Shown: positions 1 through 15,533 of the stretch, piece by piece
How the letters are laid out: each line of letters begins with the position of its first letter
How positions within the stretch are numbered: position 1 is the first letter of the stretch
Assembly (NCBI GenBank): GCA_973851085.1
Contig: OZ316776.1
Coordinates: forward strand, 496,001 to 560,000
DNA from: Ptychomitrium polyphyllum
Taxonomy: Eukaryota
DNA: 64,000 nt
Direction of reading: 5' to 3'
Translations under genes and position numbers: made by a program
Notes under the pieces: model-generated
What the model was told of the DNA's origin: nothing
Seen by the model: the letters and a program-made list of their open reading frames with translations, nothing else
Databases searched by the model: none

Positions 1-1020
1 ATCATGGAGGTTTTCCGTGAGCAGAGATGAATGTTTCGGATTGTGATGATCTTGCGGCAAGCTAGCGTAGGTAGTTCTGTAAAAATTCAGAAAGAGGTTT
101 GTGGCCGTTATCTTCTGACGACGAGCGATCTCTCGAGCATAGATCAACGAATTTGACGCTTTCTGAGCTCAGGCACCCGACCGCTTGTGTGTGAGATGCG
201 TGTGAAGTTAGTTTGGAGGAGATCGGGTGAATCAAATTTGACGTGCAAGCTCGAGAGGCCGGCAAGGTCTGACTCGTACCTGCTGCGCGGCCACGGTTTC
301 GAAAGTGCACCAGAAGTGGCAGCACACACCAAGCGAACCGTGTGAGAGCTGGTACCACGCCGGTACTGTCGCACCTCGCCCCTGCACTTCCTGCCTTCGC
401 AGATCTACGGCGCTTGGCAGCCTGCGCATTGGAGAGGTGGCGCGATTTTAACCAGCAGATGTTCATGCATATCATGCATTCCAGCTTATGATGAAGAAGA
501 AGAAGTGGCACAAGAAGCTCACATTCAAAAAGACGACTTCTCTTCAACGGCACCGTGAGCTTCGACGCTTTCAATACCCGTTGCAACACACGCGTTAGCT
601 AAAATTCAAACACCGAAATTCCGTGCCTGTTTATTGGAGCGGAATAGGTATATCCCTGATACATCACTCCTACTTTCACTGGGAATTCAATTCCAAGCTT
701 AAAATGGTGAAGGAAACTCTCATCACAGCAAATTATATGCATACTAATTGGGTATGGTCGGTTCCTCAAAGTACTGCTCAAAGTAAAACAAATTCCTGGC
801 GACTCGTCGTATGTTTAGCAGGTCATGGAAAAATAAACGGACATGAACTGTTGGCGACTGCAGCATAGAATTAAACAATGAGAGGTAGAGAGAGCGTGAG
901 ACGTAAAGGGAATGTTAGCTGCAATTGCAAGGAGACAAGGCCACCTCAAGCAAATCACAATCACAAAAGTTCTCAAACCCTGAAGAGGTCTAAGTGCAGA
1001 CTACTATGCTCATGCTTTGA

Positions 1021-1072
1021 GGTTTGATTTTCCTTGACGAACACCCTAGGTGTTCGTCAAAGACATGAAACC
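1021..1072. repeat. Perfect 12-bp inverted repeat (TTGACGAACACC-cta-GGTGTTCGTCAA) with outer GGTTT/AAACC pairing
   Basis: Read directly at 1034-1060. Confidence 0.8.
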
Positions 1073-1502
1073 ATTGTGAGCTTTTTCTATTATTAGTTGA
1101 TACCTTGGAGGTTGCTTGCGACTAGAGCTGGGTCATATAAACCACGTGGGCAGACAAGGAAGAAAAAGAACTGGAATATGCCGCCAAACAAAGTGGAAAA
1201 TTAATATTATCCGAGGTGAGCGTAATCGCTTCATTTGCGGTGCCGTTTGTGGAGTGCGGGAGTGCTGGCGCTCGGGAATTGGGCCACTCGGATAAACTTC
1301 CCCTTGCGTTCCTTATAAGTAGGCGCATCATGTTTATAGTTGATCTGCCGCGCAGCTCGTTTCAGTCCCGCGCCGCCGAATTTCGAAGGGCTAGAGGATC
1401 TGAGAATTTATCAGTCACCTATTTTGGCAGTTTACTTTGGTTCAGAATTGCGATTCCGGTCCGAGGTTGAGGAATTGGCGAAGTGGGTTTCGTGAGGAAT
1501 GA

Positions 1503-4485
<2,983 letters not shown>

Positions 4486-7400
4486 TGTCTAGACTTATAA
4501 CTCTTTTACGCCTCAAATTTTTTTACCCCTTTACTGACCTCTACTGCCGTGTTTAATTCAAATTGATTATAGTTCACATTCTTGCAATTTCATTCATATA
4601 CACCCTTCACGTCATTTGAAGTTTTGGTTCCTGAATTACTGGATTTTGTAGCTGAATGTGTTGAATTCGACTAGGCTCAAGTCAGCAATGAAACTGCAAG
4701 ATATACTTTGCTGTTTACAATGTTTGGACTTCTTTACTATTAAGGTTGTGTGGAGGCTGTCTTTCATCTTTGGAGGAGATAATGAACCATACAAGACTTT
4801 AAAGCAGAGGTGCCTAAATTTATCAGCCTTCACTGATGGTATTCATTTCAGGTGCTTTAGGATGTGTGTTTTCTTAAGTTGGTCACACTCTGTCAAGATT
4901 GCTTGTTCCTGCCACTTAAGTGTGTCTACCTCGGTGTTTGCATTGATAGTCATCTGCTTGTTTTTGCTTGTACAATTTGCAGCTTTCATTTGCTTGGACA
5001 TTGTGTTCTCTTTGGTTTTGTAAAGTCAGTCACATGTGGGACACCTGGATTCATGTGGACAGAGGTCCACATCTGGAGAATTCTTGCGATCTGTTACTGT
5101 GCTTACTAATAGTGACTTCCAACAACTTGGAAGCCAGTGCCTGTTCAAAAGCAAGTAATATTTGGACTCAGACTCTCGTGTCAACAAAGGCTCAGATAGT
5201 GTGACCATAGAAAACGACATACAAATAATAGACTTGGTCACTTATTACATGCAGCATGTTACTTTTATGATCTCTAGGAACAGTGAGTAATTTTCTGATT
5301 TAATGCCGTTAGCCAATTTGCTACACTTTGCAAGTAGTATTGAATTTTGGCTAGACCTCTAGGGGAACAGAGGATTTGTGATGGTTAAGTGTAGCATGAA
5401 GCTCTAATCACCTTGGGGAAAGAGATTTTGAAGCTAACTTTTTCATTTCCTCTTTTTGTTTATTTTCAAAAGTAGGAGCTAGTACAGAATCCTTCCATCT
5501 TTGCAACATTTATTCTATAACTAGGATTGTACATAGTGATTGTGTCCCTTTTGTTTAACAGTGTTAGCAAAGGTTGTGTATGCATATGGATCAATGTCTA
5601 GCTTACAACGCATGCATGTTTTGTTTTATAATTGGAATTTGGGCCCTTTTTTATAAGGCCACTTTTGGACATCATCAATGCTTTCTAGTGTTTTTATTAA
5701 ATATCATTTTAGTTTTAATTTGTTGAAGGAGGTTTACTAATAGAATTTCAACTTCCAAGTGTCATCAACTAAATTTTAGAATCATCTTAATGTTAATATG
5801 TTATGTCTTCCAATCTATATGGCATTATGGTTCCATATCATCTACAATAAGTCTATTAAAAACTTATAGAGTTAAGATTTTCATATCTTACTTCTATTAT
5901 TAAATATGACACTTTAAAAGTAAATAATGTATAAAAAATGTCTTGATTTAAAAAAAATAGATTGTAGTACATATTTTCGAGGTGTAGTTTGGCTTTATAT
6001 TCATTTAGATAGGAATTATAATTATGAAATATTACAATCTTTCAAAATATATAAGAAAGTTCAAAAATTATACTTGAAAAACTATAATTTGTGAATTAGA
6101 AGAAAGATAAATTACCATTTGAGTTTTTTAATTTTTTTTTGACAATTATATTACTATTGTTTCTATATTGGCCTTATTGGCCATAGTCCTTCAATTTGAA
6201 TATATACCTATTTTTTGAATTATAGTCACTTAAATTTGTATGTTTGATCAAAGTACCCAAGTTACAATGGATTCATGCTTTAAACAAGCTACCACTTGTA
6301 TCTTTGAATTGCAATTCAAACTTTTGATTATAAATATGCTTTAAAATTTTAAAAAAAAATTTGGCCAAAAAACAATAATTTTAGGATGCTTTTATCTATA
6401 AGAATTAAAATATTCTATCCATCTTACTTGATTGAATTTATACATTTCAATATTATGAAGAAATTATGGACCATTTAATGAGAAGCATGAATTAAGATAC
6501 TAAGGAATTAAAAAATTAATTATTTACTATTCTTGGTTCTTCTATAAATAGACATATTGTGATTTTATATATTTTTGGAATAACATATTTGTATTGTGTT
6601 CATGTTTTTCTAAATTTTGTGTAAGATCAAAAGTTAGATTTAAGGATTATAAGGTGAAGAACTTACAGTAGAAAGATTTATAAATTGAATATATAAATTC
6701 AAAATAAATGAAAAAAAAGGTGTTAGAACGTCAAAAGCAGAAAGAAAGTGAATCATGTAGATTTATTCTAATGTAAATCAATCCGTGTAATTATTTTTCG
6801 TAATTTTTATGTTTAATACTGTTATGTGTAATATATTCATTTTCGGTATAAAGTTATTCAAACCATGGTTAATTCCAAGATCCTTTACATTTTCAAAACA
6901 ATAGTTTTGAAGAAATATTAATCCAAAATCAATGTACTACATAAGAAATAATATCTCTAGATGTAACAATGGATTTTGGAATGTGGTCAGCGAGACTTTC
7001 CATGGCGAGAGGTCGCAAACAGCTTTAGTGAAAGCGAGGGAGTAAGGACCACCACAAGGTTTTTGGAAGTGCCAAGCTACGCAATGCCTGGAATCATCCA
7101 CGTGAGCAACATCGAATGTGAGCGACATGATCAGCTCCACAACCACACGGACATTAACATGGGAACGCTGCACCAAACCCTGCCAGCATGGCAGATGGCA
7201 ATCCCTTCCTCTCACGGAGTGCGCCGGTCTGCTGTAGCTTCCGCTGCGGGCAAAACATGGCAACGGTGGGTCAGTTTGTCCAAGCCAGGATAGCTCCCAG
7301 CGCCCTCCACATGGGGATCTCCCCTGCAATCAAGGGATGCCCTCCTCACTGATTGGCCAAACTCCCCCCCTCATAAAAAACCCCGCTGATCATCATAAAC

Positions 7401-8197
7401 TCTGAACATGGAACCCCTCTACCTACAAGGGCACCCGCTGTCTACTTTAGAATCCCGACGCCACGAAACCATGGAAAGTAAACCGAAATAATTCATGAGA
7501 AACTCAAAAACCACTCACTCCACCCTTTCCATCGTAATCACAGCGAGGGTCCGTTTCTTTCACCGGAGGATTCATTCCGCACCCTGTCGAAGCCCGAAAT
7601 GGACGGAAAAATAGTCCGACGACAGCGAATCTTAGAAGTTTTCCATTTGCGCCAATGAAGAAATGCTATACCTGCTAAAGATGCCAGGATAATAAATAAA
7701 GACTCCCCAGCACGAGGCCTTGTCGAGCCTGTGGTGAGGCCTGGGGTGTAGGCGCTCGGGCCAGTGGGAACGCGCCTACGCTACCCATCCTCTTTCTCTG
7801 GGATCACGATTTCACCCGTCTCTTTCTTTTACCTGTCGTGGTTTCTTTATCCTTTGATCGCTTCCGCTCTGTTTGTCGCGCGCTCATGTTTGGTCGATTC
7901 CTTCGTTGCAGTTGCTGTTTTGAATTATTGTTGCGCTCCGGTCAAGATGTGCGCAGGTTGGATGTCCATGGCTGCGGCGACGGCGACCAGGTGATGTGCC
8001 GCTCGTGGTGTAGGCAAGCCTGGGGAGCCTCTGACGGGCAGAATCGGTGGTCTGTGGAGCTCATGAGAGGTGGGCAGATGGTGCAGTTTCGGAAACCCTA
8101 GCAGGGTGGAGATGAAAGTGGAGACAGAGGTGGAGATGGCTGGGGAGGGGGAGCGGGTGATGATGGTGAGATTGAGATGGTGATGTAGGTGGAGCGA

Positions 8198-8234
8198 GTG
8201 TGTGTGTGTGTCTGTGTGTGTGTCTGTGTGTGTG
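8198..8234. repeat. Imperfect (GT)n microsatellite in the 5' UTR of the F-box gene
   Basis: gtgtgtgtgtgtgtctgtgtgtgtgtctgtgtgtgtg lies immediately upstream of the ATG at 8247. Confidence 0.9.
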
Positions 8235-8246
8235 TTGGGGGGCAGT

Positions 8247-9698
8247 ATGGGCCAGGGGGCCTCGACAGTAGCAGCGTGTTCGGGGAACCCTAGTCGTGTG
8301 CACGAGGAGGAGGCAAAGGGGCAGGGGGAGAGGCGAGGGGCGGTGGAGGAGGAGGAGCAGCAGCAGTATGGGGACGATTGGACGTTGTATGCACCGGACG
8401 AGTGTGTGGCGTCGGTGTTTCGGAAGCTGGGGACGGCGGATCGGAAGTCGTGTGCGTTAGTGTGCAAGCGATGGTACAGGGTGGAGGGGCAGGGGAGGCA
8501 GAGGCTGTCGCTGCACGCGTCGGCGGACCTGGGCTCGGCGCTGCCAGCTCTGTTGCCGAGGTTTCCGTATATCACGAAGCTGGCGTTGAAATGCGACAGG
8601 CGGACAGTGAGTATTGACGATGGGGTGCTGTGTTTGGTCGGTCAGCAGTGTCGGCAGTTGCAGAAATTAAAAATCAAGGCGTGCAAGGGGCTGTCGGATA
8701 CTGGGCTTGAGGAATTCGCGGAGCTTGCGTCGGGTTCTTTGCGGAAATTTTCTTGCGGTTCTTGCCAGTTTGGGCCGCGGGGAATAAACTCGGTGTTGCA
8801 GAATTGCTTTAATCTGGAGGATCTTACCGTAAAACGCCTTAGGGGTTTTGTGATGAATAATCCGAGTACGGCGGAACGTGTCTTGCCTGGGCCTTGTAGC
8901 ATCAAGAGGCTGTGTATCAAGGACTTGCCCAACGCGCAGCTGCTTGGGCCGCTCATTGCTGGTTCGAAGAGCTTGGACACTCTCATTCTGTCCAGAGTCC
9001 CGGGCAATTGGGATAAACTGCTGGAAATCATCACGGAGCATATGACCAGCCTTGTAGAGTTTCACATGGAGAAAGTGTGTGTTACTGACCGAGGCCTGAG
9101 AGCGGTGGCGCGTTGGAGTAACCTTCAGGTGCTATACTTGGTGAAGCCTACAGAATGTACCAACGTGGGGCTCTCGGCTGTTGCAAGTGGGTGCCAGCTT
9201 CTGCGTAAGCTTCATGTGGATGTGATGAAGAGCAGCCGCGTAGGAGACGAGGGGCTTCTCATGGTGGCAAGAAAGTGCAAGTATTTACAAGAACTTGTGA
9301 TCATCGGTCTTAGCGCAACGATTGCCAGCTTGAGCATTCTGGCTTCGGATTGCTCAAGTCTTGAGCGTCTGGCCATCTGCACGAGTGACACATTCGGAGA
9401 TTCTGAGCTTTCCTGCATCGCTCACAAATGTCTCGCTTTGAAAAAGCTCTGCATAAAGGGCTGCCCCATCTCTGACCGGGGTATGGAAGCTCTGGTGGTT
9501 GGTTGTCCCAGCCTTGTGAAAATGAAAGTGAAGAAATGCAGAGCTGTTACTCCGGCTGGCGTCGCTTCTCTTCACTCGAATAGAGGATCTCTTGTTGTTA
9601 CTCTGGACGCTCCTTCAGCATCTCCGAATGCCGCTCAGGTGAGGAAGAATTTGAGGCTTCTCTCATCTGCCAGTACAATTGTTAAGAATTTAAATTGA
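8247..9698 (+). CDS. F-box/LRR protein, VFB/SKIP2-like; intronless, 483 aa
   Basis: Starts MGQGAST (N-myristoylation-like, typical of VFBs). F-box DWTLYAPDECVASVFRKLGTADRKSCALVCKRW, LALKCDRR motif and LRRs (LKKLCIKGCPISDRGMEAL, GCPSLVKMKVKKC). Confidence 0.92.
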   Translation: MGQGASTVAACSGNPSRVHEEEAKGQGERRGAVEEEEQQQYGDDWTLYAPDECVASVFRKLGTADRKSCALVCKRWYRVEGQGRQRLSLHASADLGSALPALLPRFPYITKLALKCDRRTVSIDDGVLCLVGQQCRQLQKLKIKACKGLSDTGLEEFAELASGSLRKFSCGSCQFGPRGINSVLQNCFNLEDLTVKRLRGFVMNNPSTAERVLPGPCSIKRLCIKDLPNAQLLGPLIAGSKSLDTLILSRVPGNWDKLLEIITEHMTSLVEFHMEKVCVTDRGLRAVARWSNLQVLYLVKPTECTNVGLSAVASGCQLLRKLHVDVMKSSRVGDEGLLMVARKCKYLQELVIIGLSATIASLSILASDCSSLERLAICTSDTFGDSELSCIAHKCLALKKLCIKGCPISDRGMEALVVGCPSLVKMKVKKCRAVTPAGVASLHSNRGSLVVTLDAPSASPNAAQVRKNLRLLSSASTIVKNLN

Positions 9699-11959
9699 GT
9701 TACAAAAGCCTGTCATATTAAGTCATGCTCTGACTTGTAGTGCTGATCTGGACCGAGCCTGTGGAATCTCCTCATCCAGGATTTGGATAATCAGTTTTTG
9801 CAAGAGCATCATATGGAAACTACTGCTGATGAGTGATCATGAACGCATTTTTTAATTCTAAATAAACTTTGACGTGATGATGAAAGTGTGATGATCGATG
9901 TGCAGAATGTACCAACGGGACCGGTTAATATCGCCAACCCAGAAAATGCACGCCCTTCGCATTCTAGGACACCCCTAGCCAGGGCTCGGCTTGCGATAAA
10001 TCTTGTTGCATGTCATGTTCTTCGGTGGTCTGCCTCGAATGGTTCGTAACATGCTGCGTGGGGGCTCCTAATCTGAAGTTTGTAACTTTTGTTATCATAT
10101 GTAGGTATAGATCATTCTCAGTTAAGAACATCCCGTGTATCCAGACCATTTGTTTTGACTTACTTTTTATTTGGTACGACAACGATACTGGAGTCATTGC
10201 CGAAGGCAACACACAGCTAGCCTGGATACCATGATACTGGAGTCTTCTCCAAAACTACGAAAGCTGTTAATTCTTTACTCTGTTTGGCCCTGTTTGGCTT
10301 GTAAAGCATTTGAAGAAAATCTTCCAAGTGCGGAGTTGATCCCCTGATCACTTGACTGTCATGAGGCTATCCTCTTTATATAATTATTTTTTCAGGTCAC
10401 TGCATCTGTTGTTTGCACTCCTCAGGTACCTCCCCCTATTAGAGTGCTCAAAGTAATCCCCTGTTCATGGAACGAGGAAAAATTAGTGAGGGGACTTCTG
10501 TTTCTAGTCTTCCTGCAACAGGGCGACTGTTTCTAGCTGATATAGTATGACTAGGATAAGGTGTACAAGGAGACCTATCGAAAGCCTGGTGGTGATTTAT
10601 ACACTATCCAGGGAAGGATTTGAGGTTTCTGGAACGTGCTTGATTGTTGTAACTGCTTCAGGCCGTTCCTGGTCGTCCTTGTTACTTGTTCAGGTAATTC
10701 AGCGGACGAGTGGGATATGGTAGTTGCGACTTGCACACATTATTTTCATTCTGAATCTGCTGAAGATCTTCTGAAATACTAGTGCTAGATCCCGGACGTA
10801 GTACGTTACCGTGCTGAACTGTAATTATGCGTTCACCTTGGATGGATTTCTGGAACGAGCCAGCACGTTGGGTCCCGTGTTCTGCACTTACCATTGAGAG
10901 ACCAGAGACTCCTTACTCATTCAAGTATCGCGGATTTCTTCATGGGGATTTGTAAATCATGAGATGGTAGATTGTAGCCTATTAGCAATTCCAGCAAGAG
11001 ATTGGTGATGCTCTGGACTGAACTGTGGAAAACGGTGGCACGTATCCAGGTACTACACTAATGGTCTAGATCCTGCATATGAATAGTATGGCGACTGATG
11101 ATGCAATTAATGCAACCCCGGATGCTTGAAAGCTAGTAACGTTTTCTAAATTTTCTTTGGAGTTGTGCAAACACATGAATTTTGGGTATCGATTCTCCTC
11201 TCATCATGTAGGCACAACCTTGATCATGGAGTGCCTGCCTGTCAACTGTGGTTATGAAGGTGGAATCTAGTATTCGATCGGTGACATCAGAATTCAAAGG
11301 GTTTTTGTCGAAGAATATCTATCTTCGGGTGTGAAACGCCCCTTCAATGTATTCATTCACGAAATCACTCCACTCTGAGTTCCATCACTTCAACAAATTC
11401 ATAAGGTAATCAAAATTATCTCACCGAAATTTTATCATGTTATAATGCGCATTATAACAGGGTTCTAAAGATGCCATAACCAACAACTCACAGCAAGGAC
11501 ACAGACGCTTCCGGATTTCGACGTTGGCAAGGTGCGGGAGTACAGATGACGCATGAGGCATATAACGCATGTTTTTAGTACGAGCACTGGGTGCCCAAGT
11601 GCACTCCTGCACCTTGCCATGGCGTCGACAGGGTGCATGTGCCTTGAAATTTCATTACCAGTTCGTATGTTAGCCAGGTGATGTCTTTGCTAATTAGGAG
11701 TAGAATGAAAATTAAACTGTAAGCGTGATAAAATATTATCACCCAGAAATAAACGACTGTAAAATCATCCTTTCAGTGGAAGTCCTGAAAGCTGGGCTAA
11801 TTTTAAACAAGTTTTTGCCCCTAATCGTCATTCAGCCTCAAGTTACATGTGTAAATACGAACCCGACAAGATACATTCTTTCAAAAAAGGTTTCCCGTCA
11901 TCAAACTGGAAGGAATGTTTGGAACACATCAGTGAACTGGTAACTATTAGAAAAAACTG

Positions 11960-12290
11960 GTAATTTATGTTGAGATGGTTGAGGCTGTGAGGCAATACAT
12001 TCCTCAGAAAGCTCTTTGGGAGGCATGGCATTTTGCAAGGACAACTCTTCATTGGGAGCTTAATTGGCCAAGAATGATTAAGCGTTTGCAAATAGGTTAC
12101 GTGATTCTGGCAATACTAGAGCTTGCGGACTAGGATTTTTGAAGCATAGTGCAATCAAGAGCAGCTTGCGTAGTGCCGTGACAGTAGAAGATTTTTATGC
12201 AAGCGTGAGTTGCCAATCTTCATATTGATGAAGTCAACTTGGAGAATGTGATGAACAGCTGGAGGAAGATGAGAGACCTGTGGATTCGAC
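11960..12290 (+). mobile_element. Decayed hAT-superfamily transposase C-terminus (hAT dimerisation domain, ZNF862-like)
   Basis: Frameshifted translation ...HWELNWPRMIKRLQIGYVIL / TRACGLGFLKHSAIKSSLRSAVT / LHIDEVNLENVMNSWRKMRD resembles the hAT dimerisation consensus (WPxLxxL...PxSTAxCERGFSxxxxIKxxLRxxL). No TIRs were found. Confidence 0.6.
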
Positions 12291-12849
12291 CACTAGTACT
12301 AAAGTGAGGGATTTTATGGTGCTCCATTTCACTGTGCACAGACATAGGCATGGTCATAGCTATGTAATGGTACTGGTAGCAGATCATGCTTATGTTATAC
12401 CCAATGTATGGGATTTGTTAATTTGCATCATCTACTCTTCCAATATAGTATTCTAATACAATGAAGGAGACAACCTTTAAGAAAAAGGGATCCACCAATG
12501 ATGTGAATGTGTTTCTTTTTTCAATCCGTAAGCAAATTTCACATCCATTACATGAATTCTCAAAATGCTATGCCATTGCCAAGTATGCTTAGTTACCATT
12601 TTGAACTATTGATTCAAAAGGTAGTCCAAACTTTTGTTCAAGAATGCTTTGGTATGTTGTAATTTAATTGCTAATTCATCTTCACATATACAGCATCCTC
12701 AAACTTGGTTTATTAAAGCATTTGCACTTACAAACCATACAGAAATTCAAGTTGTCAAAAAATCCAGCAACTTTGGAGCAAAGATTCACTATGACATGTG
12801 TTGAAGCTATGAAAACAGCAAAATCAAACTAAAGCAACAGACGCATGCC

Positions 12850-13190
12850 CAGGAGGGCAACCTCTGCTTTTTAGATGTTATACCGGGAGCGATGCAGCTG
12901 TTCTCAATTGAGCGGAGTGACACCTCTGAACAAATAGAGCCCTTTTGACACGATTACAATGCTGGTTTGCTCTAAAAGACTGTGATGTAAGTGTAGTCAC
13001 ATACCTTTGTCAATTGACTTTGAAGTAATTCGGAAGACGGGCTTCAATGCTTCGGTTTGTTTTCGACTGCACAAACACAGCCTCACCACTATGGATATGA
13101 TTATGCTGAATGCCGGTTGCAGTACCTAAATAATAATCTGCACATTTATACAGCGTACAAGGCTACTTCCATTCTAAATTCAGTCGTTGC
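12850..13190 (+). repeat. Copy A of a diverged ~340-bp direct duplication (copy B at ~16420-16750)
   Basis: Colinear shared blocks: GAGGGCAACC, GGGAGCGATGCAG.TGTTC, TTTGCTCTAAAA, TAGTCACAT, GCCTC.C.ACTATG, GAATGCC, ATAAT.TGCA.ATTTATA, AATTCAGT. Confidence 0.85.
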
Positions 13191-13419
13191 GCATGCGAGT
13201 ATTTCCATATCTTCTGACTTTGAAGGTTTGGATTGTGACGATTGTTAGATTTGAAGCAAGTGCGCGTAGCCTAACAACTCATCTTGTGTTCAGACGAGCT
13301 AGAACGGCGATAATCAAGCTGGGCACGTACGCACAATTGAGAAGACTTGGACTACCTTAGACTTTTGAGCAATGGATTAATCAAGCGAGTCTGAACTTCT
13401 CACAGCTCCTGCGATTGCA

Positions 13420-14560
13420 GATGCGTCGTCCAGACCCTCATCACAATATTTTACAGCACGCTATGACAACATGAGAGAGAGCAGGGAGAGTGAGAGGTAC
13501 GGTACTAGTGTCGACGAGCAGATCGGATCATCCAAGACGCATTGGAGCCAGGTTGCGAAGCCCGATTCCAGTTCCTTCCAAGGGGGAATGGCGGCCGAGA
13601 CCGATAGCAGGGAAGTGTTCAGGCTCTACAATCACATCCCACCTGGGATCACTTCACTTCTTCAACATTTAGTGGTGATGATGATGATGAAGGCTGAGTT
13701 CTTCCATGCCCACGTCACTTGGGGCCGATCTAGAGTTGGATGAGAGGGCTCATGGATTGGGAGTTGAGTGGGTCTTGAAGGTTTTCGAGAAGGGTAATTC
13801 ATTGCCCAACTTGGGATCCCAGTGGTCTCATAGATACTTGCAGTTCCTTGCAGAGGTAACAGACCGTACCGAGCTTCGAATATTTGAACCATCATTTTAT
13901 GAGTGTGACATATTTTGTGGGGCGTCGTTGGAGGATGGCAAGTTTGTATTCTTATAGAAAAGGGAATGCGAAGATCTGCGGAGCCTCATTGACCGGAGTA
14001 TGTTGAAAATTGGCCAGGAATGTGGACCGATTCCGAAATATGCTGCTGAAGAATACATGTATTATGTTGCACTTGGAATGGATATGCTTCAGAGATGTAA
14101 CACTGTTAACAAGGACCTGAAGAGTTCAATGTACTTCTTACAAAAAATGTTGTGAGACTCACGTATGTGTTATAGCACATTATGAATGAATGTTCCGTTG
14201 GAGTGGCAGGAATGGACTTTGGAGGTCTCCTTAAATGCTGCAAGCCTTTGAAGGCAATTTGGATGCAAGCCAAGAAGAGTTTTAAGTCATTCACCAAATA
14301 TTTATGCTTATGGGATGAGTATATGATCTTCACAAGGAAGCTTAGTTTTGAAGGTCATGCATTGAGTGGCAACCACTTTTTATTGATCGATCACGTCATC
14401 AATTAGAACGTTAGTCCCAGAAGTGTCTGAAATTTTTTATGACTGGATACAAGATGTGCTAAGGAGATATTGGCAATCTAATCCCACTGCTATACCTTCA
14501 TTTGAAGAAAGCCTGAGCTTACTTGAAGCAAATATTAATTTAGCAGTTATTCAAAATACC
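13420..14560 (+). pseudogene. Protein kinase pseudogene (moss-expanded TKL/Raf-like family)
   Basis: Broken frames give AEFFHAHVTW, EWVLKVFEKG, CDIFCGASLEDGKFVFL*KRECEDLRSLIDR, YYVALGMDMLQ, NKDLKSS (degenerate HRDLK), ECSVGVAG..WRSP*MLQA, IYAYGM, TRKLSFEGH and DVLRRYWQSNPTAIPSF. There are multiple stops and frameshifts. Confidence 0.85.
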
Positions 14561-15471
14561 GCAGCATATACATTACATGGGAAGCAGCCAAAAGAATGAA
14601 GATGCAAATCCAGGCTTTTCCAGAAAAGGAAAGAAGAAACACAGATTTCAGCAACCCTGGCAGATCCGTACCGAGGTCTGTGCATTTTGACGGAAGGATC
14701 ATTTACTGAAGCATACCAAGCCATTGGAAGAGGTATGATCTTTCTCCTTGTATTTACACTACAGCTCTTGGCATGTCTAATTTTCGTCCAGTGCATGATG
14801 TCTGAACTCCCTCTGGATATTGTTAAGGTAATTGTAGGTCATTTCTTTATCATTTGACAGCAATGAATAAGAAGCAGAGAATTAGGGTGCAAATTTGGTG
14901 TAATGTTTGAACAGCGCGATGGATGTCTTTCGTTTTGTTGTTAATGGAAGAATTCTCAATTCTCAAGTACGTGCAGGTTATGAAGGAAAGGCAAAGCTGG
15001 ACATACACAACAACAAACCAATACACTTGACATGGAAAGGAGAGTAGGAACTAATCGAAGCTGGAAAGGATTGGAGTATCTGTTTGATTCTCACAACTAG
15101 TACTATTGGGGTATCAGTTCATTGTCTTCTGATACTACCATAATTTTTTCATAATTGTTTTGTGATTTTAAGTAAACTCTTTGTATTTGCAAGGTGTTTA
15201 TACGAGTTTAGCACTTGAAAATTTATAGAATACAAAAAGTCTTAGAAAATTAAGAAAATTTCACAGAAGGTGTCTAATATGTTTTTAATTAGTCAAAATA
15301 TAATAATTTTTAATTATTAATTTTGTAAATTTTTTGGCTTGTTGAATGGTAGGTTAAGTGAGCTAAAACTAGTTTGGTTGTGAAATGGTTAAAGTGCAAT
15401 ATAAACAATCACTTTTATATGAAATGTCTATCATTTCTAAATTAAAAGCCTTATTTTGGACTCTAATTTTA

Positions 15472-15533
15472 TTATAACATACTTGCATATCTTCAATGTC
15501 TTTATAACATGCTTGCATATCTTCAATATCTTT
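15472..15533. repeat. Tandem duplication of ~30 bp (TTATAACATRCTTGCATATCTTCAATRTCT x2)
   Basis: Read directly. Confidence 0.8.

Noticed and set aside
62..589. Minus-strand ORFs at the window start
   Set aside because: No recognisable domain. It could be the 5' end or UTR of a gene outside the window but cannot be supported.
8378..9575. Antisense and alternate-frame ORFs within the F-box gene (also in MDHAR, NADS and RSL)
   Set aside because: Shadow ORFs of genuine coding sequence.
10920..10960. RGFLHGDL* resembling a kinase catalytic loop
   Set aside because: No other kinase subdomains could be aligned around it.
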